This document shows positions 9,019-18,735 of a DNA stretch of 64,000 bases, piece by piece (within the stretch, counting starts at the first letter, position 1; each line of letters starts with the position of its first letter). Both the position numbers and the translations under genes were made by a program. The notes under the pieces were generated by a model, which saw only the letters and a list, made by a program, of their open reading frames with translations, was not told where the DNA came from and searched no databases. Source of the stretch: Pseudomonadota bacterium (GTDB lineage Bacteria > Myxococcota > JACRCW01 > JAFGSX01); the NCBI GenBank assembly GCA_043821645.1, contig JBDRCO010000044.1:1-64000 (forward strand). Direction: 5' to 3'.

Positions 9019-10347
9019 ACGCTGCTTCAGGGCTTCGCCCTCGAACACGGTCACGGCTCCGGGCACGGCGCGCGCACGGGCCAGGGCGGCCATGGTGGCC
9101 TCGGTGGGCCGGCGCAGGGGAGGCTGGCCGCCGCCAAAACTGGGGGTGCTGGGTTCGTCGGGAACACCCACGGCCTGACGTCGCTTGGGGTTGTGGTCCG
9201 ACGCGCTGATCCCTGCTGCATCGTCACGCGGTCGCAGGGCGCGCCGCACCTCGCCCAGGCGCGTGCGCAAGGCAGGGGGTGAGGCCCTGCGGTAGATGCA
9301 CAGGTTGTGGGTGTCAAAGGTGTCGGCGAGCCAGCGTTGCTTGTGGTAGCCGAAGTGACCGTGCAGGGCCAAAGTCTCGACGCCACTGTGCAAGAAATCC
9401 TCGGTCTCCAGCAGCGCCAGGATGTTGCCGGGGCTGAGTGCGCGGTAATAGTCGTCGTAGCAGTTCTCGAGCCCAAAGCAGTTGGGACCGAAGCAGCCGT
9501 TGAGCAGTGCGGCGGCCGGCACGCCGTCGTGCAGCAGCAACCACACGTGCAGGGACATGGGTTGACCGGGTTCGGCCAGGGCCTCGAACAGAGCCTGGCG
9601 CTGCGGGTGGCGAGCGATGCCGACCTTGGCCTCGACCTTCCAGGAGCGCGCCTCGACGTCGAGGTAGACGGCGAGCAGGTCGCGCAGCACGCGCGGGTCA
9701 CAGCTGCTCAGCACCGAGATGGTACCCGACTCGAACAGACGGCGACCGCGACGGGCGATACCCTGGCTGACCGAGCGATCCATGGCCTTGAAGAAGCCGG
9801 GAAGATCGTCGTGGGCACGCCGCACCTCGTTCATCGGCATGCCCGCGAAGACCTTGACCCGGGTCCAGGGGCGGCGCCCCGCGTCGCGCGCTCGCCACAG
9901 GCCCGAGTGAGGCTCCAGGTTGATGAGCTGGATCATGGCGTGGCGGTGCATGTGTCGAGTCATGTGCCGCAGCAAGGCCCGCGCTGCCGCGTCCTCGTGC
10001 TCGGCCGCAGCCAGCACCCGCGGTCTGTCGATCTCGGTGGCGACCAGGAACTCGAGACGGGTGAAGGGCAGACCCAGAGCGCGCGCACGCACCTCCTTGA
10101 GTGGCAGGGCGGCCATGATGTCACCGCCGTTCTCGGCGCGGCAGACCAGGATGCGCGAGCGCACCTGGCCCGGCCGGTACAGCTCGTTGTGCTCGAGGTA
10201 GGCTGCCATGTACTCAGGAGTCAGATAGGGATTGGGCCGCGGCGAACGATCGTTGAGCTCGCGCAGAAGGGTCCACTGGTCACGGCACGCGTGCAGTGAG
10301 CCAAGATCCTCGACAACGAAGACGGGGAGTTGCGGGAGAGTCGTCAT
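8998..10347 (-). CDS. GNAT-fold acyltransferase (CelD/BcsL, Acetyltransf_6-like)
   Basis: NPYLTPEY, VEARSWK, 'YDDYYRALSPGNIL', YHKQRW motifs. Confidence 0.75.
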   Translation of the reverse strand: MTTLPQLPVFVVEDLGSLHACRDQWTLLRELNDRSPRPNPYLTPEYMAAYLEHNELYRPGQVRSRILVCRAENGGDIMAALPLKEVRARALGLPFTRLEFLVATEIDRPRVLAAAEHEDAAARALLRHMTRHMHRHAMIQLINLEPHSGLWRARDAGRRPWTRVKVFAGMPMNEVRRAHDDLPGFFKAMDRSVSQGIARRGRRLFESGTISVLSSCDPRVLRDLLAVYLDVEARSWKVEAKVGIARHPQRQALFEALAEPGQPMSLHVWLLLHDGVPAAALLNGCFGPNCFGLENCYDDYYRALSPGNILALLETEDFLHSGVETLALHGHFGYHKQRWLADTFDTHNLCIYRRASPPALRTRLGEVRRALRPRDDAAGISASDHNPKRRQAVGVPDEPSTPSFGGGQPPLRRPTEATMAALARARAVPGAVTVFEGEALKQRLPFTFK

Positions 10348-10483
10348 GACAGCGTGCGACCTCGAGCGATGGGATCGATAGACAGGGTCAAGGCTGCGCG
10401 ACCGTGCTCCCAACCTATATAACGCGCGACGGTGAACTTCACCGAACATCGCAATCATGTCATGGTCTCGACGGGGGCCCACT

Positions 10484-12424
10484 GTGTGTGGAATCGCAGG
10501 TATCCTCGAGAGTTCTGGCGCGGTGCCCGACAGGGATCTGCTGCAGCGGATGATAGCGCGCCTGCGACACCGGGGGCCAGACGAGCAGGGACTTCACGTC
10601 GAGAAGGGTGCGGGCCTGGCACACGCCCGTCTCAGCATCATCGACCTCGCCAGCGGCCAGCAACCCATGCGCAGTCCCGAAAGCGGCCTGGTGCTGGCGT
10701 TCAACGGCGAGATCTTCAACTACCTGGAGCTGCGCGACGAGCTGGTGGCGCTGGGCCACGGCTTTCGCACGCAGTCGGACACCGAGGTGGTGCTGCGCGC
10801 CTACGAGGCCTGGGGCGCGGACTGCGTGCAGCGCTTCAATGGCCAGTGGGCCATCGCGCTGTGGGACCCGGCCCGGCAGAGACTGTTCGCTTCGCGCGAC
10901 CGGCTGGGCATACGACCCTTTTTCTACACCCGGCTGCGCGACCAGCTGGTGTTTGGCTCCGAGATCAAGGCCCTGCTCGCGCACCCCGAGGTGCAGGCGC
11001 GGGTCGACCTGCAAGGCCTGGATCAGTACTTCACCTACTGGACCAGCGTGCCGCCGCGCACCTTCTTTGCCGACATCCTCGAGCTGCCACCGGGGCACAA
11101 CCTCGAGTTCCACGCCGGCGCGCTGCGCACCTGGCGCTACTGGCAACTCGACTACCCCACGCCCGCTCCCGCCTTGGCCGTGGACGAGGCCGTGGAACAG
11201 CTGAGCGCGCTGCTGCGCGACAGCGTGCGCCTGCGCCTGCGCGCCGACGTGCCGGTGGGGGCTTACCTGAGTGGTGGCCTCGACTCGGCCCTGACCGTGG
11301 CCCTGATCCGCGAACTGACCGACGCGCCTCTCGAGACCTTCTCGGTGGGCTTCGACCATCCCGACTACGACGAGAGTTCTTTTCAGCAACTGGCCGTGGC
11401 GCAGTTCGGCACCCGCCATCACCACCTGCAGTGCGGTGGCGACGACATCGCCAGGGCCTTCTCGCAAGTGGTGTGGCAGGCCGAGCAGCCCCTCCTGCGC
11501 TCGGCTCCGGCGCCGCTGTTCCTGCTCTCCGGGCAGGTGCGCGAGAACAACTTCAAGGTCGTGGTCACCGGCGAGGGCGCCGACGAGCTGTTCGGAGGCT
11601 ACGACCTGTTCAAGGAGGCCAAGCTGCGCCGCTTCTGGGCCAAGCAGCCGGACTCGCGTTGCCGGCCCCTGCTGCTCCGGCGGCTGTACCCGTACATGTC
11701 CACGTTGCAGGCGCAACCCGTCGAGGTCCTGCGCAGTGTGTTCCACGTCAAGCCCGAGGCCCTGGCCAGCCCCTACTTCTCCCACCTGCCGCGCTGGGAG
11801 CTGACCGCCCGGCTCAAGCAGTTCTATTCGCCCGCGGTCAAGGCGGCCCTGGCGGGTGGTGTCGAGCACTCAGCGCTGCCCGAGCTGCTGCCCGAGAACT
11901 TCGCGCGCTGGGATCCCTTCTGTCAGGCACAGCACCTCGAGACCGCGCTGCTGCTGCCCGGCTACCTGCTCTCCGCCCAGGGCGACCGCATGACCATGGG
12001 GCACTCGGTCGAGGGTCGCTTTCCCTTTCTCGATCACCGGGTGGCGGAGTTCGCCGCCGCGCTGCCGCCGCGCCTCAAGATGCGCGTTCTCGACGAGAAA
12101 TACTTGCTCAAGCAGCTCGGCAAGGGTCGCATTCCGGCGCCCATCCTGGCTCGCCCCAAGCAACCCTACCGGGCTCCGGACCTGACGGCCTTCATCGGGC
12201 CCGCGGGTGCGCTTCACCCCTCGGTGGCCGACGCTCTCGAACCCCACGCCCTGGCCGCGGCCGGGCTCTTTCACCCGCCGGCGGTGGCGGCCCTGGTGCG
12301 CAAGTGCCAGGCTGGCCGAGCCATAGGCACGCGCGACGCCATGGCGCTGGTGGGGATCCTGTCGACCCAGCTTCTGATGAAGCAGTTCAAAATTCACGAT
12401 ATGAAAGGTCCCGCTCATGGATGA
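10484..12424 (+). CDS. asnB: Asparagine synthase (glutamine-hydrolysing)-like amidotransferase
   Basis: (M)CGIAG, HRGPD, RLSIID, FNGEIFN, LSGGLDS, GEGADELFGGY, EGRFPFLD. Confidence 0.93.
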   Translation: MCGIAGILESSGAVPDRDLLQRMIARLRHRGPDEQGLHVEKGAGLAHARLSIIDLASGQQPMRSPESGLVLAFNGEIFNYLELRDELVALGHGFRTQSDTEVVLRAYEAWGADCVQRFNGQWAIALWDPARQRLFASRDRLGIRPFFYTRLRDQLVFGSEIKALLAHPEVQARVDLQGLDQYFTYWTSVPPRTFFADILELPPGHNLEFHAGALRTWRYWQLDYPTPAPALAVDEAVEQLSALLRDSVRLRLRADVPVGAYLSGGLDSALTVALIRELTDAPLETFSVGFDHPDYDESSFQQLAVAQFGTRHHHLQCGGDDIARAFSQVVWQAEQPLLRSAPAPLFLLSGQVRENNFKVVVTGEGADELFGGYDLFKEAKLRRFWAKQPDSRCRPLLLRRLYPYMSTLQAQPVEVLRSVFHVKPEALASPYFSHLPRWELTARLKQFYSPAVKAALAGGVEHSALPELLPENFARWDPFCQAQHLETALLLPGYLLSAQGDRMTMGHSVEGRFPFLDHRVAEFAAALPPRLKMRVLDEKYLLKQLGKGRIPAPILARPKQPYRAPDLTAFIGPAGALHPSVADALEPHALAAAGLFHPPAVAALVRKCQAGRAIGTRDAMALVGILSTQLLMKQFKIHDMKGPAHG

Positions 12425-12701
12425 GTCCCAGATCGTGTCGCGGTTGCGCGACTTCATCGTCGAGAATTTTCTGTTCGGGGATGCCAGCCAGGCGCCCGCG
12501 GCCGAGGTCTCGTTCTTGGCCAGTGGTCTCATCGATTCCACGGGCATGCTCGAGCTGGTGTTCTTTATCGAGGAGACCTGGGCGCTGCACATTGCTGACG
12601 AGGACCTGATCCCTGACAACCTGGATTCATGTCAACGCATTGCGCGCTTCGTCGCGCGCAAGCTCGACGCCGGCGCCACGGCCCAGGGGGGTGCGGTATG
12701 A
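12417..12701 (+). CDS. Acyl carrier protein
   Basis: 94 aa, acidic, GLIDSTGMLELV phosphopantetheinylation motif. Confidence 0.9.
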   Translation: MDESQIVSRLRDFIVENFLFGDASQAPAAEVSFLASGLIDSTGMLELVFFIEETWALHIADEDLIPDNLDSCQRIARFVARKLDAGATAQGGAV

Positions 12702-13687
12702 GCAGCTTCGGACCAGGAGTCCTCGAGCTCGATACCCGCGCTGAGATCTCACGCATCGCCGGACGCCTGCGCGAGCAGGTGACCCGGCTGCTGCGGCGGC
12801 GCGGCGCGGTGGTCGCCCTGTCCGGCGGCATCGACAGCAGCGTCGTTGGCGCCCTGGCGGTCCGCGCCCTGGGGCCGGAGCACGTGCTGGGCCTGCTCTT
12901 GCCCGAGCGCGACTCGGCCGCAGAGACACCGGGCCTGGGGCAGACCCTGACCGAGCATCTGGGCATCGCATCCATCCAGGAGGACATCACCCCCCTGCTC
13001 GAGGCCACGGGCTGTTACCGTCGACGCGACGATGCGCTGCGCGAGGTGGTTCCCGCCTACGGGCCAGGCTGGAAGTTCAAGATCGTGTTGCCCCAGGTCG
13101 GTGAAGACGCGAGCTACAACTTCTTCTCGGCGGTGGTGCAGTCGCCCGACGGCGCGATGCAGAAGGTGCGGCTGCCCCCGCGCGCCTACCTCGGCATCGT
13201 CGCGGCCACCAACTTCAAGCAGCGCGTGCGCAAGATGCTCGAGTACTACCACGCGGATCGTCTGCAGTACGCGGTGGCCGGCACGCCCAACCGGCTGGAG
13301 TATGATCAGGGCTTCTTCGTCAAGCTCGGCGACGGCGCCGCCGACGTCAAGCCCATCGCCCACCTGTACAAGACCCAGGTCTACGCCCTGGCCCGGGCCC
13401 TGGGACTGCCCGAGGAGATCTGCGCGCGCCCGCCCACCACCGACACCTACTCACTGAGCCAGGGACAGGACGAGTTCTACTTCTCGCTCCCCTACGCGCA
13501 GCTGGACCTGTGTTTGTATGCGCACAACCACGCCGTCGCCGCGGCCGACGTCGCGCCCCACGTGGGTCTGCGCGTGGATCAGGTCGAACGGGTCTACGCC
13601 GACATCACGAAAAAACGCGCCACCACCCGCTACCTGCACAGCGTTCCACAGCTCATCGAGGCGGTCCCAGAGATCTCCCGGGTGTGA
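12698..13687 (+). CDS. nadE: NH3-dependent NAD+ synthase-like ATP pyrophosphatase (NadE paralog)
   Basis: LSGGIDSS PP-loop, NFKQRVRK, GTPNRLE, GFFVKLGDG, KPIAHLYKTQV; no glutaminase domain. Confidence 0.8.
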   Translation: MSSFGPGVLELDTRAEISRIAGRLREQVTRLLRRRGAVVALSGGIDSSVVGALAVRALGPEHVLGLLLPERDSAAETPGLGQTLTEHLGIASIQEDITPLLEATGCYRRRDDALREVVPAYGPGWKFKIVLPQVGEDASYNFFSAVVQSPDGAMQKVRLPPRAYLGIVAATNFKQRVRKMLEYYHADRLQYAVAGTPNRLEYDQGFFVKLGDGAADVKPIAHLYKTQVYALARALGLPEEICARPPTTDTYSLSQGQDEFYFSLPYAQLDLCLYAHNHAVAAADVAPHVGLRVDQVERVYADITKKRATTRYLHSVPQLIEAVPEISRV

Positions 13688-13709
13688 ACCAGGACGCGAG
13701 GGGTTCCCG

Positions 13710-15257
13710 ATGGCGGGTGAGCTGCTGCACCATCTGCTCGAGCACAGCGCAGGCCGCAGGCCCGAGGCTGAGGCCCTGGTGCAGGGTGACACGACGATCT
13801 GCTACGGCGAGCTGGAGAGAGGCGCCAACCGCCTGGCGCGCCTGCTCGTCGCGCGGGGCATCGCAGCCGGTGACCGCGTGGCCCTGCTGGCCCACAACGC
13901 GCGCTTTTACGTCGAGGCCTACTACGGGGTTCTCAAGTCCGGAGCGGTGGTGGTACCCCTCAACACCGCAGCTCCGCCATCGCAGCTTGCCCAGCTACTG
14001 CGCCACGCCGAGGCCCGGGTCTTGCTCTGCGGGACCAGCATGCTGCGCCACGTGGTTCGCGAACCAGATGTGCTGGCACAGCTCGAGCTCCTCGTCACCG
14101 AGGGTGAGGTGCGGCTTCCCGCGCTCACCGCGACCCTGCAGGTCGCGAGCGCGGCACAGGCCGATCTCGACGCCAGCGCGCCCGCGATCGTCCGCGACGC
14201 GCAGGAGCTCGCGGCCATCGTCTACACCTCCGGCAGCACCGGCGCCCCGCTGGGAGCCTGCCTGAGTCACGCCAACCTGGTGCACAACGCCCGGGCCATT
14301 CTCGACTACCTGCCCATGGCCTCCAGCGAGCGCGCTTTCGTGGTGCTGCCCTTCTATTACATCTACGGCACCTCCATCCTGAACAGCCACATCGCCGCGG
14401 GTGCCGCCCTGGTACTCGAGAACAACTTCATGTTTCCCCAGGCGGCCCTGGATCACCTCGAGGCAGAAGCGTGCACCAGCTTCGCCGGGGTGCCCTCGAC
14501 CTTCGCCATCCTGCTGCATCGCTCCAACCTGGCGCAGCGGCAGCTCGAACACCTGCGCTACGTCACCCAGGCCGGCGGCGCCATGAGCCCCGCCCTCACC
14601 CGCGAATTGATGGCGGCGCTGCGGGGGCGAGCGCTCTACGTCATGTACGGAGCCACCGAGGCGGCGGGGCGGCTCACCTACCTGCCTCCACAAGAACTGC
14701 AGCGCGAGCTCGGTTCCATAGGCCGTCCCATCGCGGGCATGCAGGTGCACGTGCTGGGCACGAACGGCGAAGAGCTGGCGCCCGGCGAGGTGGGTGAACT
14801 GGTGGCCAGCGGTCCGAGCATCATGCAGGGTTACTGGAAGGCTGCGGACGAGACGGCGCGCGTGCTCGATGCCCACGGGCTGCACACGGGCGACCTGGGC
14901 TATCGCAGTCACAGCGGCATGCTGTACGTGGTCGGTCGCAGCAAGGACATGATTAAAAGTGGTGCGCACCGCATTGCCGCGCGCGAGATAGAAGAAGCCA
15001 TCCTCGAGCATGAGGCTGTGCACGAGGTGGCGGTGCTGGGCGTTCCCGACGCGATCCTGGGCGAGGCCATTCACGCCTACGTGGTACCGCGGGAGGCCGG
15101 GTTCGAGGTCGACACCTTGCGCGCCTTCTTGAGCACGCGTCTTGCCAGCTACAAGATCCCCGGGACCCTCGTGTGCCGGGAGACGCTGCCCAAGAACGAC
15201 GCCGGCAAGATCCTCAAGCTGCGGCTCCGTGAGGAGCTGGGACTGCCCACGGTCTAG
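13710..15257 (+). CDS. Class I adenylate-forming enzyme (acyl-CoA/ACP ligase)
   Basis: YTSGSTG, YGATE, TGDLG, GRSKDMIK, LPKNDAGKI. Confidence 0.9.
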   Translation: MAGELLHHLLEHSAGRRPEAEALVQGDTTICYGELERGANRLARLLVARGIAAGDRVALLAHNARFYVEAYYGVLKSGAVVVPLNTAAPPSQLAQLLRHAEARVLLCGTSMLRHVVREPDVLAQLELLVTEGEVRLPALTATLQVASAAQADLDASAPAIVRDAQELAAIVYTSGSTGAPLGACLSHANLVHNARAILDYLPMASSERAFVVLPFYYIYGTSILNSHIAAGAALVLENNFMFPQAALDHLEAEACTSFAGVPSTFAILLHRSNLAQRQLEHLRYVTQAGGAMSPALTRELMAALRGRALYVMYGATEAAGRLTYLPPQELQRELGSIGRPIAGMQVHVLGTNGEELAPGEVGELVASGPSIMQGYWKAADETARVLDAHGLHTGDLGYRSHSGMLYVVGRSKDMIKSGAHRIAAREIEEAILEHEAVHEVAVLGVPDAILGEAIHAYVVPREAGFEVDTLRAFLSTRLASYKIPGTLVCRETLPKNDAGKILKLRLREELGLPTV

Positions 15258-15832
15258 GCGTCTTCTCTCGCCACCAGATCCAGTCGCATGCATCGTGCCG
15301 GGTTGCCGATGGCCAGGCTGTGGGGGGGGACATCGCGCGTGACCACGGCCCGCGCCGAGACCACCGCGCCATCGCCGATGCGCACGCCGGGTTGCACCAC
15401 GGCGCCGTGGGCCAGCCAGACGTCGTCGCCGATGTGCACGGGTCCGCGCAGGCGTCGGGTGCGGTCGCGAATGACGACCCCGGTGGCGAGGATGCAGCCG
15501 TTCCCCAGCGTCACCTCGTCGTGGGCGTCGATGGTGACACCGTAGTTGAAGCCACAGCGATCACCGATGCGCAGGGTCGCACCGGGGTGGCTGCGCAGTT
15601 CCGTCGCCACCGGGCCGCCGAGAAAGAAGCAGCTGCGACCAAGGCGCACCCTGCCGGACTCCGGCGCGAGCAGCACGGTGCCCCGGGTCCAGACCCGCGC
15701 CCCGAGCTCGGCGTGGCGGAGCTGCCAGCGGGCGCGCAGCATGCAGCTCGCGCGCTCGGCCAGGGTGGCGAGGCGGAGCGCCGCGGCATGCAGGTGCTGA
15801 CGGTGCGGCACGGCGCCCGAGGACTCAGCCAT
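15254..15832 (-). CDS. Left-handed beta-helix (hexapeptide) acyltransferase
   Basis: IGDDVWLAHGAVVQPGVRIGDGAVV...GNPAR. Confidence 0.85.
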   Translation of the reverse strand: MAESSGAVPHRQHLHAAALRLATLAERASCMLRARWQLRHAELGARVWTRGTVLLAPESGRVRLGRSCFFLGGPVATELRSHPGATLRIGDRCGFNYGVTIDAHDEVTLGNGCILATGVVIRDRTRRLRGPVHIGDDVWLAHGAVVQPGVRIGDGAVVSARAVVTRDVPPHSLAIGNPARCMRLDLVAREDA

Positions 15833-16355
15833 GGCGCTCGCTCTCCTTCGGGATCGGGCGCGCGGCCACACGACGGCTCACCACCCGTCCGGGCTCGATG
15901 CTGCAGCCATCCTCGACGATGGCGCCCGGCAGCAGCACGACGTGGGGACCGAGCTCGACGTCGGCACCCACCTGCAGCTTGCCGGCCTCGGGCCGGACCG
16001 CGCGATTGCCCCGGATCGCGTGGAACTGGTTGTCCATGAGCTTGCAAAATCGTCCCAGGTGGCAGCGTGGGCCGATGCGGATCACGCCGGTGGCCTCGAT
16101 GGACACGCCGGGCTCGATGGACACGTCGTCACCGATGTAAATCTCGGCGCCGGGTCGGGCATGCAACTCGATGGCGCAGGCCCTGCCGTCCAGGTGGACG
16201 CGGTCCCCCAGCACGATACGGCCACCTCCCCGCACCCAGATCCGGCCCCGGGTCACCGGAGCGCTGCCGAGGTGGGCGCAGCGGCGTAGTCTGAAACGAG
16301 CGAGGAGCTCGGTCCCCGGTCCCCGCAGCGGATCGAGAAGTCGTGACCAGGCCAT
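15825..16355 (-). CDS. Left-handed beta-helix acyltransferase
   Basis: Hexapeptide repeats, DNQFH motif. Confidence 0.8.
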   Translation of the reverse strand: MAWSRLLDPLRGPGTELLARFRLRRCAHLGSAPVTRGRIWVRGGGRIVLGDRVHLDGRACAIELHARPGAEIYIGDDVSIEPGVSIEATGVIRIGPRCHLGRFCKLMDNQFHAIRGNRAVRPEAGKLQVGADVELGPHVVLLPGAIVEDGCSIEPGRVVSRRVAARPIPKESERHG

Positions 16356-16356
16356 C

Positions 16357-17214
16357 TCAAGGATCCTGCGCGGGCGCGCTCCCGGCTGCCGCCAGCGAGC
16401 CCAGAAAGCGCAGCAGCTCGGCGGCCAGGACGCGACGACCTGCCTCGTTCGGATGTTCCCCGTCGTCGGTGTAGACAGGGGCCAGGACCTCGACGGGGCG
16501 GCCCTCGACCTCGATGAGATGCCGCTGACCGCCGGCGGTGGTCGACTCCAGCCGCGCCAGATCGAACACGGGCTGTCCCGTCAACTCCTGGCGCACGCGC
16601 GCGTTGTAGGCTGCGCGCTTCAGGTTCTCGCGCTCACCCCACACCGGCTTGCCCAGAGCTCGCTTGAGCGTCGCCTTGACCCCGCCCTGCACCGTGGTCA
16701 GCGGCACGGTCAAGTGCACGAAGGTGGTCGAGGGGTAGCGCGCCCGCAGGCCGTCCAGGGTGCTGCGGTAGCGCTCGAAGAGAGCATCCACGTCGGTCTG
16801 CGCGTTGAAATCGATGTAACAGAATTTCATGAAGGCCAGGTTGGCGATGCCGCCGAGCCCACCCTCGATCGCACGCTTGAAGTCCTCGAGCTTGCTCTGG
16901 GCGTTCTCGTTGCGGCCGATGGCCGAGTGCAGGATCACGCCAGGTCCGAGCAGCGAGGCCTCGCGTCCGTCGACGATGCGAAGGGCGTGCGGAGCCCGGC
17001 CCCCCTCGAGGTCCTCGATACCCGAGAGCAGGTCGCGCCCCACCGACTGGTGGCCAAAGAAGATGCGTTGCCCCGCGAGCATGCCCAGAACCTCCTCGTC
17101 ACGATCGGCGGGTGCCGGCAGGATCCCGGGATCCACGTCGCCACAGGCGAGCACGATCCCTGCCAGGGACATCACCACGGCCATCCGGGTGCCGGTCTGG
17201 CGTGGTGTGCTCAA
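16357..17214 (-). CDS. SGNH-hydrolase-like lipoprotein
   Basis: VLAC lipobox; FFGHQSVG, MKFCYID, 'YTDDGEHPN' DxxH; TTG start with GGAGG RBS (start uncertain). Confidence 0.65.
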   Translation of the reverse strand: MSTPRQTGTRMAVVMSLAGIVLACGDVDPGILPAPADRDEEVLGMLAGQRIFFGHQSVGRDLLSGIEDLEGGRAPHALRIVDGREASLLGPGVILHSAIGRNENAQSKLEDFKRAIEGGLGGIANLAFMKFCYIDFNAQTDVDALFERYRSTLDGLRARYPSTTFVHLTVPLTTVQGGVKATLKRALGKPVWGERENLKRAAYNARVRQELTGQPVFDLARLESTTAGGQRHLIEVEGRPVEVLAPVYTDDGEHPNEAGRRVLAAELLRFLGSLAAAGSAPAQDP

Positions 17215-17306
17215 GCGCGAGCCCTCCCCGAGCACCACCTCCAGGGGGCGTCCACAAGTTCTAGGACCGTGAGGGTCTCGAGTCGTGCGCACGACATCCT
17301 GCCGTC

Positions 17307-18596
17307 TCAGTCCAGCGAGGTGCGAATCAAGGTGAACTCGCTCATCGACGAGGGCAGCTGGTCACTGTCGAGGTCCGTCCACTCGACCACGAACCAGCTG
17401 GCCTGGGGATCGGGTGCGGCCAGAAGGTGGTTCACCAGGTACCAGCCCGCAGCCCGGCTGCCCACGATGTCGAAGCCGTAGCTGGCCAGGATCAAGGCGC
17501 CGCGCTCGGGATCCGGGAACAGCTCGACGACAAAGTAGTCGTGGCTCGCGGTGGTCAAGCTGGCGGGCACTTCGATGACGACGCCGGAGCCGTCGGTCCG
17601 CACGAAGCTGTGACGGTTCTGGCCATTGTCAAAGACGTAGCGAAGAGGTGCCGCGTCGCTGTCCTCGAAATGCTGGAGCATGAGCTGAAAGTAGGGCCCG
17701 CCGTGCAAGATGATCGTGTTCCCCACGCCGACGAGCGGCGCGTGGGTGGTCTGATCGACGACGCTGGCATCGAGAAGTGTGGTGTGGGTGACCGTGCCCG
17801 TGCAGTGCGCGGCAATGGCAGCGCCGTTGAGGGCCAGGGTGATGTCATCGTCCACGCCGGAACCCACGGAGATGCGAGTGTCGTTGTCGCACAGCGTGGA
17901 GAAGCCCAGGGGGGTGCAGCCTGGCGTGTCGGCGCAGAACTGCGTGGATCCACAGCTCGCACCGCAGGCACCACAGTGGTTTGGATCTGCGAGCAGGTCC
18001 ACGCAGTGACCGCTGCAGCAGACCTGGGGATCTCCGCAGGACGGACCACTGTCTTCGCCGCTGCACTCGGGGCCCGCGTCGATCGCAGCATCCACGGCGG
18101 GTGCGGTATCGATGCCGCCTCCGTCCGCGGCGGCGTCACCCGCGGGGCCGCCGCTATCCGCCATGGTGGCACCGTCCGGTGCGGGCGCGTCTGGCAATGC
18201 GGTGTCACCTGACGTGACGTCGGCCTGGAGTACATCGGTGGCGTTGCTGTCCGGGGTGCTGGTGTCGGCCACATGGGTATCGGCCGTGCTGGTGTCGACG
18301 GTTGCGCTATCCGCCACACGGGCATCGGTCGTGGCGGTGTCGACGGCTGCGCTATCCGCCACTCGGGTGTCTGCGACGCTGCTGTCCCCGCGCGCAGCGT
18401 CCTGCTCCGAGCTGTCTGCCCCGGCCACATCTGCCGCCGTGCCCTGGTCTGCCGTGGAGCGATCCGCACCCGCGCTGTCGGCAGTTCGGGCATCCGTCCC
18501 CCCGCCACTGTCGGCGGTCGTCGCGGGATCCGGACAGGCGAGTAGACAGCAGAGCACACCCAGCGCCGGCACCGTCTTGAAGCCGTTTCCTCGCAT
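17307..18596 (-). CDS. Lipoprotein with Asp-periodic linker and Cys-rich repeat
   Basis: GGAGG RBS, LLAC lipobox, D every ~5 aa over ~110 aa, CVDLLADPNHCGACG motif. Confidence 0.75.
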   Translation of the reverse strand: MRGNGFKTVPALGVLCCLLACPDPATTADSGGGTDARTADSAGADRSTADQGTAADVAGADSSEQDAARGDSSVADTRVADSAAVDTATTDARVADSATVDTSTADTHVADTSTPDSNATDVLQADVTSGDTALPDAPAPDGATMADSGGPAGDAAADGGGIDTAPAVDAAIDAGPECSGEDSGPSCGDPQVCCSGHCVDLLADPNHCGACGASCGSTQFCADTPGCTPLGFSTLCDNDTRISVGSGVDDDITLALNGAAIAAHCTGTVTHTTLLDASVVDQTTHAPLVGVGNTIILHGGPYFQLMLQHFEDSDAAPLRYVFDNGQNRHSFVRTDGSGVVIEVPASLTTASHDYFVVELFPDPERGALILASYGFDIVGSRAAGWYLVNHLLAAPDPQASWFVVEWTDLDSDQLPSSMSEFTLIRTSLD

Positions 18597-18735
18597 CCCC
18601 ACCTCCTGTGCGCCCAGGTTGCGCGTCCTGCACATCCTCTCACATTCCATCCCCAAATGTGTTGTAGTGTGCCCGTTTCATCTGCGCCAGTGCGCGACGC
18701 CTCGTCGCTCGATATGTATGGCCTCCCGAGGACGC

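Noticed and set aside
10484-15257. Lasso peptide or NRPS cluster
   Set aside because: No precursor, B protein or condensation domain; AsnB has an intact glutaminase domain
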